Shown here piece by piece: positions 63,702 through 64,000 of a stretch of DNA of 64,000 bases (position 1 is the first letter of the stretch; each line of letters starts with the position of its first letter). This DNA comes from an uncultured delta proteobacterium. Its GTDB lineage: Bacteria; Desulfobacterota; RBG-13-43-22. Made by a program: the position numbers and the translations under genes. The DNA lies in NCBI GenBank assembly GCA_963743305.1, contig CAVUPH010000007.1, positions 1 through 64,000 of the forward strand, written 5' to 3'. The notes beneath the pieces are model-generated. The model made no database searches. It saw only the letters and a list, made by a program, of their open reading frames with translations, and was not told the DNA's origin.

Positions 63702-64000
63702 ATGCCCCCGAAGCGGATTGGAAAAGTAGACCGAGAAACCAAAGAAACCCAGGTTCGCGTTGCCTTGCGGTTGGACGGTACCGGGAAAACCCGGATTCAA
63801 ACCCCGGTCCCTTTTCTGAATCATATGCTGGAGCTTTTGGCCCATCATGGCCGGATGGATTTGACCATTCTGGCCTCCGGGGATATTGAGGTGGGTTTTC
63901 ATCATACGGTCGAGGACATCGGGCTTTGTTTGGGCGAGGCCCTGAATCAATGCTTCCAGGATTTGGCTGGGGTGAATCGCTACGGGAGTGCCCTCTTGCC
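63702..64000 (+). CDS. hisB: Imidazoleglycerol-phosphate dehydratase (partial, runs off the window)
   Basis: Manual translation: RETKETQVRVALRLDGTG..FLNHMLE..HHTVEDIG. Confidence 0.93.
   Translation, partial: MPPKRIGKVDRETKETQVRVALRLDGTGKTRIQTPVPFLNHMLELLAHHGRMDLTILASGDIEVGFHHTVEDIGLCLGEALNQCFQDLAGVNRYGSALL

Overview
A 64-kb window that looks like an anaerobic Desulfobacterota/deltaproteobacterial chromosome (inferred from gene order and protein style). It has three parts. (1) 1-8.2 kb: a minus-strand catabolic cluster (FAD oxidoreductases, CCG Fe-S protein, acyl-CoA ligase, CoxSM-like subunits) with many frameshifts, probably consensus errors. (2) About 8.4-24 kb: an accessory region built as a tandem cassette array. 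Five direct repeats each consist of the 3' end of a tRNA-Sec (selC)-like gene fused to the 3' part of the convergent yjbQ gene; four yjbQ copies are 5'-truncated at different points and the last is intact. The repeats separate unrelated cargo: a catalytic-domain tyrosine recombinase, HipBA, HicB-like genes, an SDR, and two large secreted proteins with a shared C-terminal LxLP motif. Homologous promoter-SD-minigene-terminator units recur in the cargo. (3) 24-64 kb: mostly core genes (malQ, two-component genes, ECF sigma/anti-sigma, lutABC, fabH, ahcY, metK, panCD with a pan RNA leader, yceD-rpmF-plsX, an acyl-CoA dehydrogenase/EtfBA block inside the fab operon, fabG-acpP-fabF-rpiB-glyA-nrdR-rib-nusB-leuS-lptE, rpsT, tRNA-Ala, hisB). 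All calls come from reading the sequence; no database searches were run.
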